Positions 19,250 to 33,113 of a DNA stretch of 64,000 nucleotides are shown piece after piece; the first letter of the stretch is position 1; the number at the start of each line of letters is the position of its first letter. The position numbers and the translations under genes are program-made. The stretch is taken from the NCBI GenBank assembly GCA_963781885.1, contig CAWAHW010000007.1:288001-352000 (forward strand), in the 5' to 3' direction. The notes beneath the pieces were generated by a model, which was given only the letters and a program-made list of their open reading frames with translations, did no database searches and had not been told where the DNA came from. Origin of the DNA: an uncultured Spirochaetota bacterium. Lineage in GTDB: Bacteria; Spirochaetota; Spirochaetia; SZUA-6; Fen-1364.

Positions 19250-20353
19250 ATGAAAAAGCTATTCCTTGTCCTCTGCATTCTCGCCCTCGCGGGAGCGAGC
19301 TCTTTCGCCGCGCCGAAGGAGATCGTCTTCCAGGACAATCAATCCGGCGCAAACTTCCAGCAGTGGTTCCAGACGATCGCGCTGCCGGCGGCGGAGGAGT
19401 TCCTGGGCGTCAAGATCAAGTACGTCGTGGGAAGCGACGCGGAAACCATCGAGCGCATGAAAGCCTGGAAGACGGGACAGGGCGACATCACCGTGATATT
19501 CCCCAAGTCGCTCGCTCTCTACGTCAAGACCCCCCAGATTTCGCTGGATAACCTCACGACGACACTGGTCCCGAACATGGCCAAGATTGACCCGACGCTC
19601 CAGGTGTCGACGGAAGGCGTGCCGGTGGCGAACAAGGGCGCCGCGTACTGGTTCAGCACCTACGCCCTCATCTACAACTCCGACCAGGTCAAGAACCCGC
19701 CGAAATCCTGGCAGGAGTTCTATGATCGCCGCGCGGAGTGGAAGGGGCACATCGGATTCATACGGCCCGATGCGAAGTCAAGCGGCGGCTGGCGCCAGCC
19801 GTTTGCATTCCTGAATGCATTCTGCGATTTCTCCAAGAAGTTCGACCCGAATGCGGCGGATTTCCAGGCAGCCTGGGCCAAGCTGAAGGATTTCTACACC
19901 TATTGCCAGCTGCCGCTCGCGGCTGAGCCGACGAACGCATTTGAGAACTTCAACGCGGGCGACACGTGGATCACCGTATATGCCATGGACTACTCGCTCT
20001 GGTCGGCGCGGCAGGGAACCATGCCACCCTCCACCAAGGCCATGTTCCTTGACCCGGGCATCGACGCCGGCGGCGCAGCGTACCTGGCCGTTCCGTCGAA
20101 CATCCCCGCGGAGAACAAGGCGATCGCCTACAAGCTCATCAACTATTTGCTGTCCGACGACCAGCAGAGCCGCATGGTGAGCACCATGTGGCAGTACAAC
20201 AGCACGATGATCACCGACAAGGTGCCGGGCATCGTCTGGGAGCAGATCCCCAAGATAGAAGTTGCCAAGAAGGCCTCGATCCCGCCCGAGCGGGTCAATG
20301 CGGACGCCATCACCTACATCAAGAAGAACGCTGTGGGAATCATCCCGCAATAG
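19250..20353 (+). CDS. ABC transporter substrate-binding protein (PotD/AfuA-like)
   Basis: Signal peptide SFA; LIYNSDQVKNPPKSWQE; KLINYLLSDDQQ. Confidence 0.85.
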   Translation: MKKLFLVLCILALAGASSFAAPKEIVFQDNQSGANFQQWFQTIALPAAEEFLGVKIKYVVGSDAETIERMKAWKTGQGDITVIFPKSLALYVKTPQISLDNLTTTLVPNMAKIDPTLQVSTEGVPVANKGAAYWFSTYALIYNSDQVKNPPKSWQEFYDRRAEWKGHIGFIRPDAKSSGGWRQPFAFLNAFCDFSKKFDPNAADFQAAWAKLKDFYTYCQLPLAAEPTNAFENFNAGDTWITVYAMDYSLWSARQGTMPPSTKAMFLDPGIDAGGAAYLAVPSNIPAENKAIAYKLINYLLSDDQQSRMVSTMWQYNSTMITDKVPGIVWEQIPKIEVAKKASIPPERVNADAITYIKKNAVGIIPQ

Positions 20354-20426
20354 CAGGCGGTCGTGAGAAGGGAGGACTGCGGTCCTCCCTCTCCTTGATA
20401 ATCGAAATCACTGACGGGGGTACCGA

Positions 20427-21281
20427 ATGAGGCTCTTACCTTCACGACACCGTGAAGGGCTCACGACAGTCTTGCTTCTCCTGCCGGGCTTTGCGGTTTT
20501 TCTGGGGCTGTTCGTGTACCCGTTCATCATCACGATCGTCCAGAGCCTGCGCCCCGAAGGGGAGACAACGGGCTGGACCTTCGAGTACTACGCGAGCTTC
20601 CTCAGCAGCGCGCACGGACGACAGGTCATCGGCCTGACCTTTTTCCTCGCCGTCGCCACGACGCTGCTCTCCATCCTGCTGAGCGTGCCCCTGGCGCTCA
20701 TCCTGCGGCGGAAGCTGAGGGGACACCGCTTCTTCCGGGTCGTGCCGCTCATTCCTCTGGTGGTCCCGGGTCTCATCGGCGCCCTGGGATTGCTCCTGGT
20801 TTTCGGAAGCCGGGGCTGGTTCAATCTGTTCCTTCGAGACGTGCTGCCGTTCATCCCCAATCCTGTCGCCGTGGACTACACCATTTCCGGGCTGACCTTG
20901 TTCTACGTGTGGCTGTATTTCCCCTACACGCTTCTGACAACCCTCTCCACCCTGGAATCTCTCGATCCCGGCATCGAGGAGGCCGCCCAGGTATCGGGGG
21001 CAAACCCCTGGCGGGTGCTGCGTCACGTCGTTCTGCCGCTGATCATGCCCGGGATACTTTCCGGGTCCGTCCTGACATTCATGAACGCCTTCGGCGCGTT
21101 CAGCATCCCGCTCGTGGCAGGAGGGAACTACCGTCCGTTGTCCGTCGACGTGTACAAGCAGATCCAGCTCTTCGTCCCCGCTCACTGGTCGCAGGCTTGT
21201 TCCATCGCCGTCATCATGGGGGTCATGCAGGTCATCTTCCTGACCTTCTATATGCGCGTGCTGCGCGGAAAAAAAAGGTGA
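20427..21281 (+). CDS. ABC permease (PotB-like)
   Basis: EAA motif IEEAAQVSGANPW. Confidence 0.9.
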   Translation: MRLLPSRHREGLTTVLLLLPGFAVFLGLFVYPFIITIVQSLRPEGETTGWTFEYYASFLSSAHGRQVIGLTFFLAVATTLLSILLSVPLALILRRKLRGHRFFRVVPLIPLVVPGLIGALGLLLVFGSRGWFNLFLRDVLPFIPNPVAVDYTISGLTLFYVWLYFPYTLLTTLSTLESLDPGIEEAAQVSGANPWRVLRHVVLPLIMPGILSGSVLTFMNAFGAFSIPLVAGGNYRPLSVDVYKQIQLFVPAHWSQACSIAVIMGVMQVIFLTFYMRVLRGKKR

Positions 21282-21289
21282 GGTAAGAC

Positions 21290-22120
21290 GTGGTAAAATC
21301 CTACACGCGCGGATTGTGGAACGGTCGGCTCATTCTTTCCTATACGCTGCTGGTATGCCTGTCGATCGTCATATTTTCCCCTTTTGCGGTCATCCTGGTG
21401 AAATCCGTCGGCAAGGGCTGGTTTGGCAAGCTGTGGCTGCCGCCCACGCTGACCCTGGACTGGTACAAATGGGCCATCAACGTCGCACACCTGCCGGAAG
21501 TCATGAAGAACACGATCATCGTCGTCGCGATGGCCGTGGCCATGAGCACGATTATCGGCATCTTTTCCGGCTGGGCCTTCGGCCGCCGGCACATTCCCGG
21601 CAAAGAAGTGTTCATGTCCATGATCCTGCTGCCCCGCATGATCCCCCCCATCACCTATGCGCTGGGCATCGCGCGCATCTTCTACGGGCTGAACCTCATC
21701 AACACCCATTTCGGGATCGCCCTGGCGCACGTGACGCTCTGCGCCCCGTATGCGATCCTGGTCATGTCGGCCACCTTCGAAGGTCTCGATGAACGAATGC
21801 TGGAGGCCGCCAGCGTCTGCGGCGCCAACCCACTGCGGACCTTCTTCCACGTCACACTCCCCCAGATCATGCCGGGGATACTCTCTTCGATGATCTTCAC
21901 GTTTACGACGTCGTACAATGAGTTCACACTGACGCTGATGACATACGGTCCGGACACGCTCACCCTGCCCATCCGAACGTATCTGGCCGTTGGAGAAGGG
22001 TACTGGGAGGTCACCAGCGCCATGTCCGTTATCATGGTTCTCCCCTCCCTTCTGATCCTGTTCCTCATTCAGAGACAGGTGAAACCGGAACAATTGGTGG
22101 GAGGTTTCAAAGGACTATGA
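21290..22120 (+). CDS. ABC permease (PotC-like)
   Basis: EAA motif MLEAASVCGANP; TLPI. Confidence 0.9.
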   Translation: MVKSYTRGLWNGRLILSYTLLVCLSIVIFSPFAVILVKSVGKGWFGKLWLPPTLTLDWYKWAINVAHLPEVMKNTIIVVAMAVAMSTIIGIFSGWAFGRRHIPGKEVFMSMILLPRMIPPITYALGIARIFYGLNLINTHFGIALAHVTLCAPYAILVMSATFEGLDERMLEAASVCGANPLRTFFHVTLPQIMPGILSSMIFTFTTSYNEFTLTLMTYGPDTLTLPIRTYLAVGEGYWEVTSAMSVIMVLPSLLILFLIQRQVKPEQLVGGFKGL

Positions 22121-23205
22121 GCGAATGGATGATCGAGCTGAAAGGCACGACGAAACGGTATGGCACGCTCGTCGCAAACGACAAGGTCGACCTGCAGATC
22201 CCCCGGGGGGAGTTGCTGACCCTTCTGGGTCCCAGCGGCTGCGGGAAGACCACGGCCATGCGCTGCATCACCGGCCACCAACGTCCCGATGCGGGGCGGG
22301 TGTTCATCGACGGACAGGACGTCACCGATCTTCCGACGCACAAGCGGGACCTGGGCATGGTGTTCCAGAACTTCGCGCTTTTTCCGCACCTCACCGTCCA
22401 TGAAAACGTGGACTTTCCCCTGATGATCCGCAACCTTCCCGCCGCCGAGCGCACGCAGCGCGTCAACGAGGCCCTGCGGCTGGTGCGCATGGACCAGCTG
22501 GGGGAGCGCTATCCGCGGCACCTTTCCGGCGGGCAACAGCAGCGCGTCGGGCTGGCCCGGGCGCTGGTGTACCGCCCGCGCGTCCTCCTGCTGGACGAGC
22601 CGCTGTCGAACCTGGACGCGAAGCTGCGCGAAGAGATGCGATTCGAGATCAAGGAGCTCGTCACGCAGCTCCACATGACCGCGGTCTACGTCACCCACGA
22701 CCAGGGGGAAGCCCTGGCGTTGTCAGACAGGGTGGCCGTCATGAACGCCGGGCGCATCCAGCAGATCGGGACTCCCCGGGATATCTTCGAGCAGCCGAAT
22801 TCGCTCTTCGTCGCCGACTTCATCGGTCTTTCGGATTTCATCAAGGCCCGCGTGGAGAGCGCGACGGCAGGCGCCACCTGGGTGGCCGTCAAAGGGCTGC
22901 GCGTGCGCGTCGAGACGCCGCAGCGGCTCGATGCCGGCCAGAACGTGACCCTTTTCATCCGCCCCAACAGGGTGGAGCTCCTCGAAGCGGGCGCGCCGGA
23001 TGGAGAAAACATCTTTGCCGCCCGGGTGGTGAAGCTCACCTACCTGGGGGACAACATCGACTATCGCGTCATGCTGCCCGGTGACTGGGAGATACGCGTG
23101 CAGACAAACAGCCTGCATTACCTGCCGGCCGGCTCGGCCATCAAGGTGAAGCTGCCGCCGGCGCACTGCCACGTGATCGCCGAACAGAAAGGGGAGACTC
23201 CTTAG
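22117..23205 (+). CDS. ABC ATP-binding protein (PotA-like, TOBE domain)
   Basis: GPSGCGKT, VFQNFALFPH, LSGGQQQR, LDEPLSNLD. Confidence 0.93.
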   Translation: MSEWMIELKGTTKRYGTLVANDKVDLQIPRGELLTLLGPSGCGKTTAMRCITGHQRPDAGRVFIDGQDVTDLPTHKRDLGMVFQNFALFPHLTVHENVDFPLMIRNLPAAERTQRVNEALRLVRMDQLGERYPRHLSGGQQQRVGLARALVYRPRVLLLDEPLSNLDAKLREEMRFEIKELVTQLHMTAVYVTHDQGEALALSDRVAVMNAGRIQQIGTPRDIFEQPNSLFVADFIGLSDFIKARVESATAGATWVAVKGLRVRVETPQRLDAGQNVTLFIRPNRVELLEAGAPDGENIFAARVVKLTYLGDNIDYRVMLPGDWEIRVQTNSLHYLPAGSAIKVKLPPAHCHVIAEQKGETP

Positions 23206-24172
23206 GGGGCCATTCCCAGGTAAGACCGGATGTTTTCCCGTGCCTCGGCGAGGCTGTGGTCGAAATCGACCAGGATCTCCAGGATCATGTCGTCACGATA
23301 ATCGGGAAGACGCGCAAAGACGTCGCGGTAGGGAACGATGCCCCAGCCGGGGGGCATGTGCATGTCCGCTTCACCGAACGCCCAGCGGTCCCGCTCGATC
23401 GAATAGCCCGCGTCGAGCCTGCCGAAGTTGTCGGACACGTGGAGATGCCGAACCCACGGGGCGGCCTCGGCAACGGCGTCCAGATAGGAGAAGCCCCGGT
23501 CATATGACGACAGATGGAGGTGCCCGACGTCGAGAGTCATGGCGACGTGGGGATGATTGACGGCCTCGAGCTGGCGCACGATGGGGCCGATGCGCAGCCG
23601 CGCGAGGTGCGTGTCGATGTCGGCGTCGGGACGCCCGAAGCTGCGGATGATGGTGTGCTCCCAGAGGTGCGGGTCGAGGTTCTCCATGCAGATGATGACG
23701 CCGGCATCCGCGGCGATGGGCGCGAGCTCCTTGAGGGCTTTCACCTCCCGTTGCGCGCCTTCCTCCAGCTCTTCCGCCGTGCGAAGGGTCGCCCGGACCC
23801 GGTTCTCACGTCGTCGAGCGCCTGCAGGCCGCTGTGATACACCAGACGAGTCGCCCCCGTCGCGGCGCAGAGCTCGATCAGGGCGCGCATGATCTTCTTG
23901 CACAGATCGTGCCGCGGGTCATGGGCGAGGTTGAGACGATCATAGCCGTGGATGCTGAAGCGGAGACCCGACTTCTTCGTCACGGCGAGGAAATCGGCGA
24001 GCCGCTTCTGGCGCAGCTCGCCGTCGAAGATCATGGGGAAAAGGGCCGGGTTGATTTCCACAAGGGGAAAGCCGATCTTCTTCAGCCGTTCCAGGGCGAG
24101 CTCCAATTGGCCGGGCGTGAACACCGTCCCCGAAGTCTTCAGACTGACACCGATATTGCCGATTTTTGTCAC
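23202..24172 (-). CDS. Sugar-phosphate isomerase/epimerase (AP endonuclease 2 TIM barrel); frameshift near 23790
   Basis: ORFs 23741-24199 and 23202-23903 join into one protein with MEN, DVGH, HVSDN, HMPPGWG, ILE metal motifs; SD AAGGAG before GTG. Confidence 0.8.
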
Positions 24173-24211
24173 GACAACTCCTTGGCGTAGTAGTGGCACG
24201 AATTTTCGGAT

Positions 24212-24248
24212 TTGACAAGGTAATTTGCATATGATTTAATGCAAATTA
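24212..24248 (+). promoter_or_regulatory. Promoter overlapped by a perfect inverted-repeat operator
   Basis: TTGACA (24212)-17-TTTAAT; TAATTTGCAT-N8-ATGCAAATTA at 24221-24248. Confidence 0.65.
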
Positions 24249-24294
24249 AGCCGACACCAAAGGTTAAATTCAATTGATCAGGAGGCAGATTGTT

Positions 24295-25107
24295 GTGAGC
24301 GTGCCGTTTGGACTTCATGCATCCACGATTACCCAGGCAAGCTTTGTCCAGGGGCTTCAAGAGGCCGCATCGGCCGGGTTCTCCGCGTTCGAGCCGGAGC
24401 TTCGTCACGTCGAGGCGTGCACGTCCTCCCAGATCGACGAAGCGCGGGCCGTTCAGAAGGAGCGCGGTCTTGCGCTGCTGCCGCTGAACGACATCGATGC
24501 CTTCGGCGACCTTACGATCGCGCGCGCCCGGGAGATATTCGCCCTCGCGCAGCGGCTCTCGGCCCGGGCGGTCACGGTATGTCCGGTGGCGCCGAATGGG
24601 CCCCTCTCCCTGGATGACGGGGTTGCGTGGATGAAGCGCTTCGTCGCCGAGGCCGCCTCCTTCCAGGTGTCCCTTTACCTGGAGATGATGTGCTTCCCGG
24701 GACGGGCCTTCGGCACCTTCGACGGCGCGCTCCGCCTCGCCGAGAAATCGGGCATGAAGCTCGTTCTCGATACCTTCCACTACTGTTCCGTGGGGGCGAC
24801 GCCGAAACAGATCAGCTCGCTGCCCAAGGAGATGATCGGGATCGTCCATATCTCCGATGCCCTGACCGATGGAAAGAAGCTCAACGAGCTGCTCGATGCG
24901 GACCGCGTGCTTCCCGGCGAAGGCGGCCTGCCCCTTGTGGAGACAATGGACGCCATACGCCAGACCGGCTATCGCGGCGGCATGTCCGTGGAGGTTTTTC
25001 ATCCCAAGTACGCCAAGCTGCGCGCCGCGGACGTTGCACGCGACGCCTTCCGCCGGGCGACCGCGCTCCTGAAAGAGGCCGGATGGACGAGAGAGGTGAT
25101 GGCATGA
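24295..25107 (+). CDS. IolI/IolE-like sugar isomerase (AP endonuclease 2 TIM barrel)
   Basis: YLE, LDTFHY, VHISDA, DRVLPGEG, SVEVF. Confidence 0.85.
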   Translation: MSVPFGLHASTITQASFVQGLQEAASAGFSAFEPELRHVEACTSSQIDEARAVQKERGLALLPLNDIDAFGDLTIARAREIFALAQRLSARAVTVCPVAPNGPLSLDDGVAWMKRFVAEAASFQVSLYLEMMCFPGRAFGTFDGALRLAEKSGMKLVLDTFHYCSVGATPKQISSLPKEMIGIVHISDALTDGKKLNELLDADRVLPGEGGLPLVETMDAIRQTGYRGGMSVEVFHPKYAKLRAADVARDAFRRATALLKEAGWTREVMA

Positions 25108-26111
25108 AGCGGGTTGCGCTGGGCATCATTGGGGTGGGCGAGATCGGGACGGTGCATGCGACGAATATCGCACGGGAAGTTCCCGGCGGCCAGCTGGTCG
25201 CCTTTGCCGACACGCGCGTGGAGAAGGCGCGTGAATTGGCGGCGGCGCTTGGCGTGCCGAAGGTGTACGCGCGGGCGGAGGAGCTCCTGGCCGACCGCAA
25301 CGTCGAGGCGGTGCTCATCTGCACGACGCCGGACAGCCATGCGCAGCTGCTCGCTGCCGCGGCGGCCGCGGGGAAAAGCATATTCTGCGAGAAGCCCCTG
25401 GGTCTGGATGTCGCGGAGGCGGAGAAGGCCCTTGCAAAGGTGGAAGCGGCCGGCGTCACGCTCCAGGTCGGCTTCAATCGCCGGTTCGACGCGAGCTTCC
25501 ATCATCTCAAAGAGTACATCGCCGCCGGAAAGCTCGGCACGCCGCACAGCGTCCATATCACGAGCCGCGACCCCGAGCCCCCCGGCAAGGAATATTACGT
25601 CCTGTCCGGCGGGATACTCCTGGACATGACCATTCACGACTTCGACCTCGCGCGTCACCTTATCGGTGACGACATTGTAGAAGTGTACGTCGCCGGATCC
25701 ACTTTCATCGCTCCCTGGCTTGCCGCGCACGGTGACGCGGACACCTTCGCGATCGTCCTCAAGTTCGCGCACGGGGCCGTCGGCATGATCTCCAACTCGT
25801 GCAAGGCGGTCTTCGGGTACGACCAGCGCGTGGAGGTGTTCGGCGACAAGGGCATGGTCGCGGCGACAAATCCGCTTCCCGACACGACCACGGTCGTGAC
25901 CGAGGAGGGGCACCGCACGCCGCCGCTTCTCCACTTCTTCACCGACCGCTACCGTGCCTCCTACGCGGAGGAGCTGCGCCGGTTCGTCGCGTCGGTCGCC
26001 GACAGATCGGCCCCCCCGGTTACCGGGCGTGACGGCCTCATTGGCGTGCGGATCGTGGCGGCGGCGCGGGAGTCGCTGCGCACGGGAGCGCCCGTGAAGG
26101 TGCGCACCTGA
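25104..26111 (+). CDS. iolG: Inositol 2-dehydrogenase-like Gfo/Idh/MocA oxidoreductase
   Basis: GVGEIG, CEKP, GFNRRFD, SRDP, DMTIHDFD, GYDQRVEVFG. Confidence 0.85.
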   Translation: MKRVALGIIGVGEIGTVHATNIAREVPGGQLVAFADTRVEKARELAAALGVPKVYARAEELLADRNVEAVLICTTPDSHAQLLAAAAAAGKSIFCEKPLGLDVAEAEKALAKVEAAGVTLQVGFNRRFDASFHHLKEYIAAGKLGTPHSVHITSRDPEPPGKEYYVLSGGILLDMTIHDFDLARHLIGDDIVEVYVAGSTFIAPWLAAHGDADTFAIVLKFAHGAVGMISNSCKAVFGYDQRVEVFGDKGMVAATNPLPDTTTVVTEEGHRTPPLLHFFTDRYRASYAEELRRFVASVADRSAPPVTGRDGLIGVRIVAAARESLRTGAPVKVRT

Positions 26112-26127
26112 GGTCCCTGGCGGAAAG

Positions 26128-26841
26128 ATGCATCTCTACCTGATCCGCCATGCGGATCCCGACTACGAACGTGACACGCTGACGCGGCAGGGGTTCAGGG
26201 AGACGCGCGCCCTGGCCGGACGCATGAAGAACGTCGGGCTGACCCATGTGTACTCCTCACCCCTCCCGCGGGCCATGCTCACGGCGCAGGCCATCGTGCG
26301 CCGCGGCGCCCTTCCCATCGTCCAGCAGAAGTGGCTGGTCGAGCCCACCCACCTCACCGTCGTGCAGGGCGGGACCATCTACAAGATGTGGGACACCTTC
26401 GGCGAGGATGTGCGGTCCGGGCAGGCGCCGCCCACGCAGGAGGCGTGGAACCGGGTGCCGCCCTTCGACGCCGCGGAGGTGAGTGAGATGTGGCGGGGCT
26501 TTCGCCGGGACGCGGATGAGCTCCTGGCGCGTCACGGATTCGTGCGGGAGGGATGCCGGTACCGCATCCGGCAGAGAAGCACGGACAGGGTTGCCATCGT
26601 CTGCCACAATGGGACGATCCTCCTGTTCCTCGCGCATCTGCTCGAGCTCCCTCTCCCGCTCGCGTGGTGCGGCTTCTACGCGTGGCCCGCGTCCGTGACG
26701 GTATTCCTGATGGAGGAACATTCCCCGACGTGGGCGGTGCCCCGCGCGCTCCAGGTGGCGGATGTCTCCCACCTCTTCGCGGCGCGTCTTTCCCCCCAGC
26801 CGCGCGCGTTCGGCGACGGCGCCTACACGGCCTTTCTGTAA
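26128..26841 (+). CDS. Histidine phosphatase (phosphoglycerate mutase family)
   Basis: LIRHA, SSPLPRA, VCHNG. Confidence 0.88.
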   Translation: MHLYLIRHADPDYERDTLTRQGFRETRALAGRMKNVGLTHVYSSPLPRAMLTAQAIVRRGALPIVQQKWLVEPTHLTVVQGGTIYKMWDTFGEDVRSGQAPPTQEAWNRVPPFDAAEVSEMWRGFRRDADELLARHGFVREGCRYRIRQRSTDRVAIVCHNGTILLFLAHLLELPLPLAWCGFYAWPASVTVFLMEEHSPTWAVPRALQVADVSHLFAARLSPQPRAFGDGAYTAFL

Positions 26842-26845
26842 GCCC

Positions 26846-31123
<4,278 letters not shown>

Positions 31124-31127
<4 letters not shown>

Positions 31128-32211
31128 ACAGCCGCCGGGGCGCGGCCGTTGCGGCGGCGCTCGCCGGCGCAGCCCTCATTCTTGGCGCATGCTCGGGCCG
31201 CGCCGCGCCCCCCGCGGGTGCACCGTCCGCGGCCTGGTACGCGCTCCAGGCCGACGGCTTTCGTTCCGTGGAGAGCCCGTCCCGCGCGGATACGGTTGCC
31301 CTTCGACCCTGGACGGTGCAGGCGCGGGTGGCGGATCTCACCTGGCTGAATGACGAGCTTTTCTGCGCCTTGAACGGCTCCGGCGTCGCACGCCTCACCA
31401 TCGACGCCTCCGGCCAACCCGCTTTCGCCTATCACCGCGACCCGCTCATCTTTCTGCACCGCACGATCACGACGCTCCTTGCGCGGCAGGGAACTCTCGC
31501 CATTCACCTCTATTACAATGCCCTCCTGAACGATGCCGCGCCGTCGGAGCTCGGGCTGAACGGCATCTGCCTGGTGGAGCTGCACCCGGGGCAGAACGGC
31601 TTCTCCATTCTCGTGCCGCCGTTCCAGAAGAAGAACCCCGACTGGGAAGCGGCGGGCTTTGCCCCGGAATCGGAGAACAGCTTCGATTTCGAGTGGAAAT
31701 ACACCGACGCCGCAGAGACGCGTTTTACCTACACGCGCTACCACGCGGACACGAAAAACGAGGAGACGGTGAGCAGGGATACGTACCTCTCCGCGCTCGG
31801 CGTGCCCTTCATCACCGGCCGGAATGTGCCCTCGGATCTTTCCACGTTTTTTGCCGCGTGCGCGTCGCTCCTGCCGGCCCCGGGCGGGACACCGCCCTCC
31901 AGTTCTCTCTGCGCTCCCGCGAGACCCCCGTGCGCCGCAACTATCGTTCTCTGAAACAGAGTGAGGACGCCGTGCCCATCGCGGTCTTCGAGGAAAAGGG
32001 GGGCCGGCTCGCGCTCCTCCCCGACGGCCGCGTACTCTCATCGCCGACCGGCGCGGGCGCGCCCCGCGTCATCACGCTGCCGGTTCTTCCCGCGGGCTTC
32101 CGCTATACCGATCTGGCAAAGGAAGGAAACCTGCTCGTCGTGCCGTGGGAAGAGGTCTCCTTCACCGACATCGGCCGGGCGGGGCTCCTGATTTACCCGG
32201 TGCCGGGATAG
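31124..32211 (+). CDS. Hypothetical lipoprotein; frameshift near 31885; start uncertain
   Basis: Lipobox LILGA-C; continues in the frame of ORF 31693-32211 (...PWEE...GRAGLL). Confidence 0.65.
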
Positions 32212-32221
32212 CCGCGCTGGC

Positions 32222-32947
32222 CTATGCGAGCGGGGCTCCGGGCGGCCGCGGCGTGCCGCGCAGGAACAGCGGGAGGTCGAATGGAATCGGGTCATCCGTG
32301 ATGAAGCCTTCCGCGTAGCGCACCGCCATCATGCCGCCGTATGTCCCCCGCATTGCCCGGAGGAACTCGAGCACCTTCCCGTCCCGGATGCTCATCTGGG
32401 ACTGGTGGCAGCGCGCGATGCCCTCCCATTCATCCATGTAGTCGGAGACGTCGTTGAGCAGCGAGGGCATGCGGGCGCGCGGCACCATGTAGTAGATGAC
32501 GTGGTCGGCGTTCCAGGGCTCGCCCCGCACCTCCTTCAGACCGGCAAAGCGGGCGTAGCGCAGCGCCGAGCGCACGATGGTGCCGGTGGCGGCGTGATCG
32601 GGATGCGCGCCGCCGTCCTTGTGGTTGCCGGTCTGCGTGTGGTAGGGGGCGAAGACAAGCTTGGGCCGCTGCGCGCGGATCACCTCCGCCACTTTGATCC
32701 TCGACTCGTAGGAATCGAAGATCTGGCAGTCGACGAAGGAGAGGATCTCGATTCCCCCGCCCAGCTTGCGCGCCGCCGCGCGCATCTCTTCCTCGCGCTG
32801 CGCGGCCGTGCCGAACGTGCCCGCCTCCCCGCGCGACAGCACGCAGACCGTGAGCGATGCCCCCGCGCGTACGAACTTCACCATGCTCGCGCCCATGCCG
32901 AACTCGGCATCATCGGGGTGCGCTCCGAAAACAAGTATGTCCGCCAT
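32222..32947 (-). CDS. PIG-L/LmbE family N-deacetylase (BshB1-like)
   Basis: GAHPDDAE, RGEAGT, HPDH, HQSQ, YAEGF. Confidence 0.88.
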   Translation of the reverse strand: MADILVFGAHPDDAEFGMGASMVKFVRAGASLTVCVLSRGEAGTFGTAAQREEEMRAAARKLGGGIEILSFVDCQIFDSYESRIKVAEVIRAQRPKLVFAPYHTQTGNHKDGGAHPDHAATGTIVRSALRYARFAGLKEVRGEPWNADHVIYYMVPRARMPSLLNDVSDYMDEWEGIARCHQSQMSIRDGKVLEFLRAMRGTYGGMMAVRYAEGFITDDPIPFDLPLFLRGTPRPPGAPLA

Positions 32948-33113
32948 GCCGGAGAAGATAGGGGACCGCTTCGTGACGGTCAAGGAAGCGACGCCGGGGC
33001 CGGGGACTGTCGCGTCAGCGGCCGGGGCCGCGAGCCTCCTTCCGCCGGCTCTCGGCATCCCTGCCCGTGACCTTGACAGCACCGGGAAGCTGGGCGATCC
33101 TCAGCCAAGGGCA

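Noticed and set aside
24194-24210. Sigma54 promoter at TGGCACGAATTTTCGG
   Set aside because: Lacks the GC of the -12 element.
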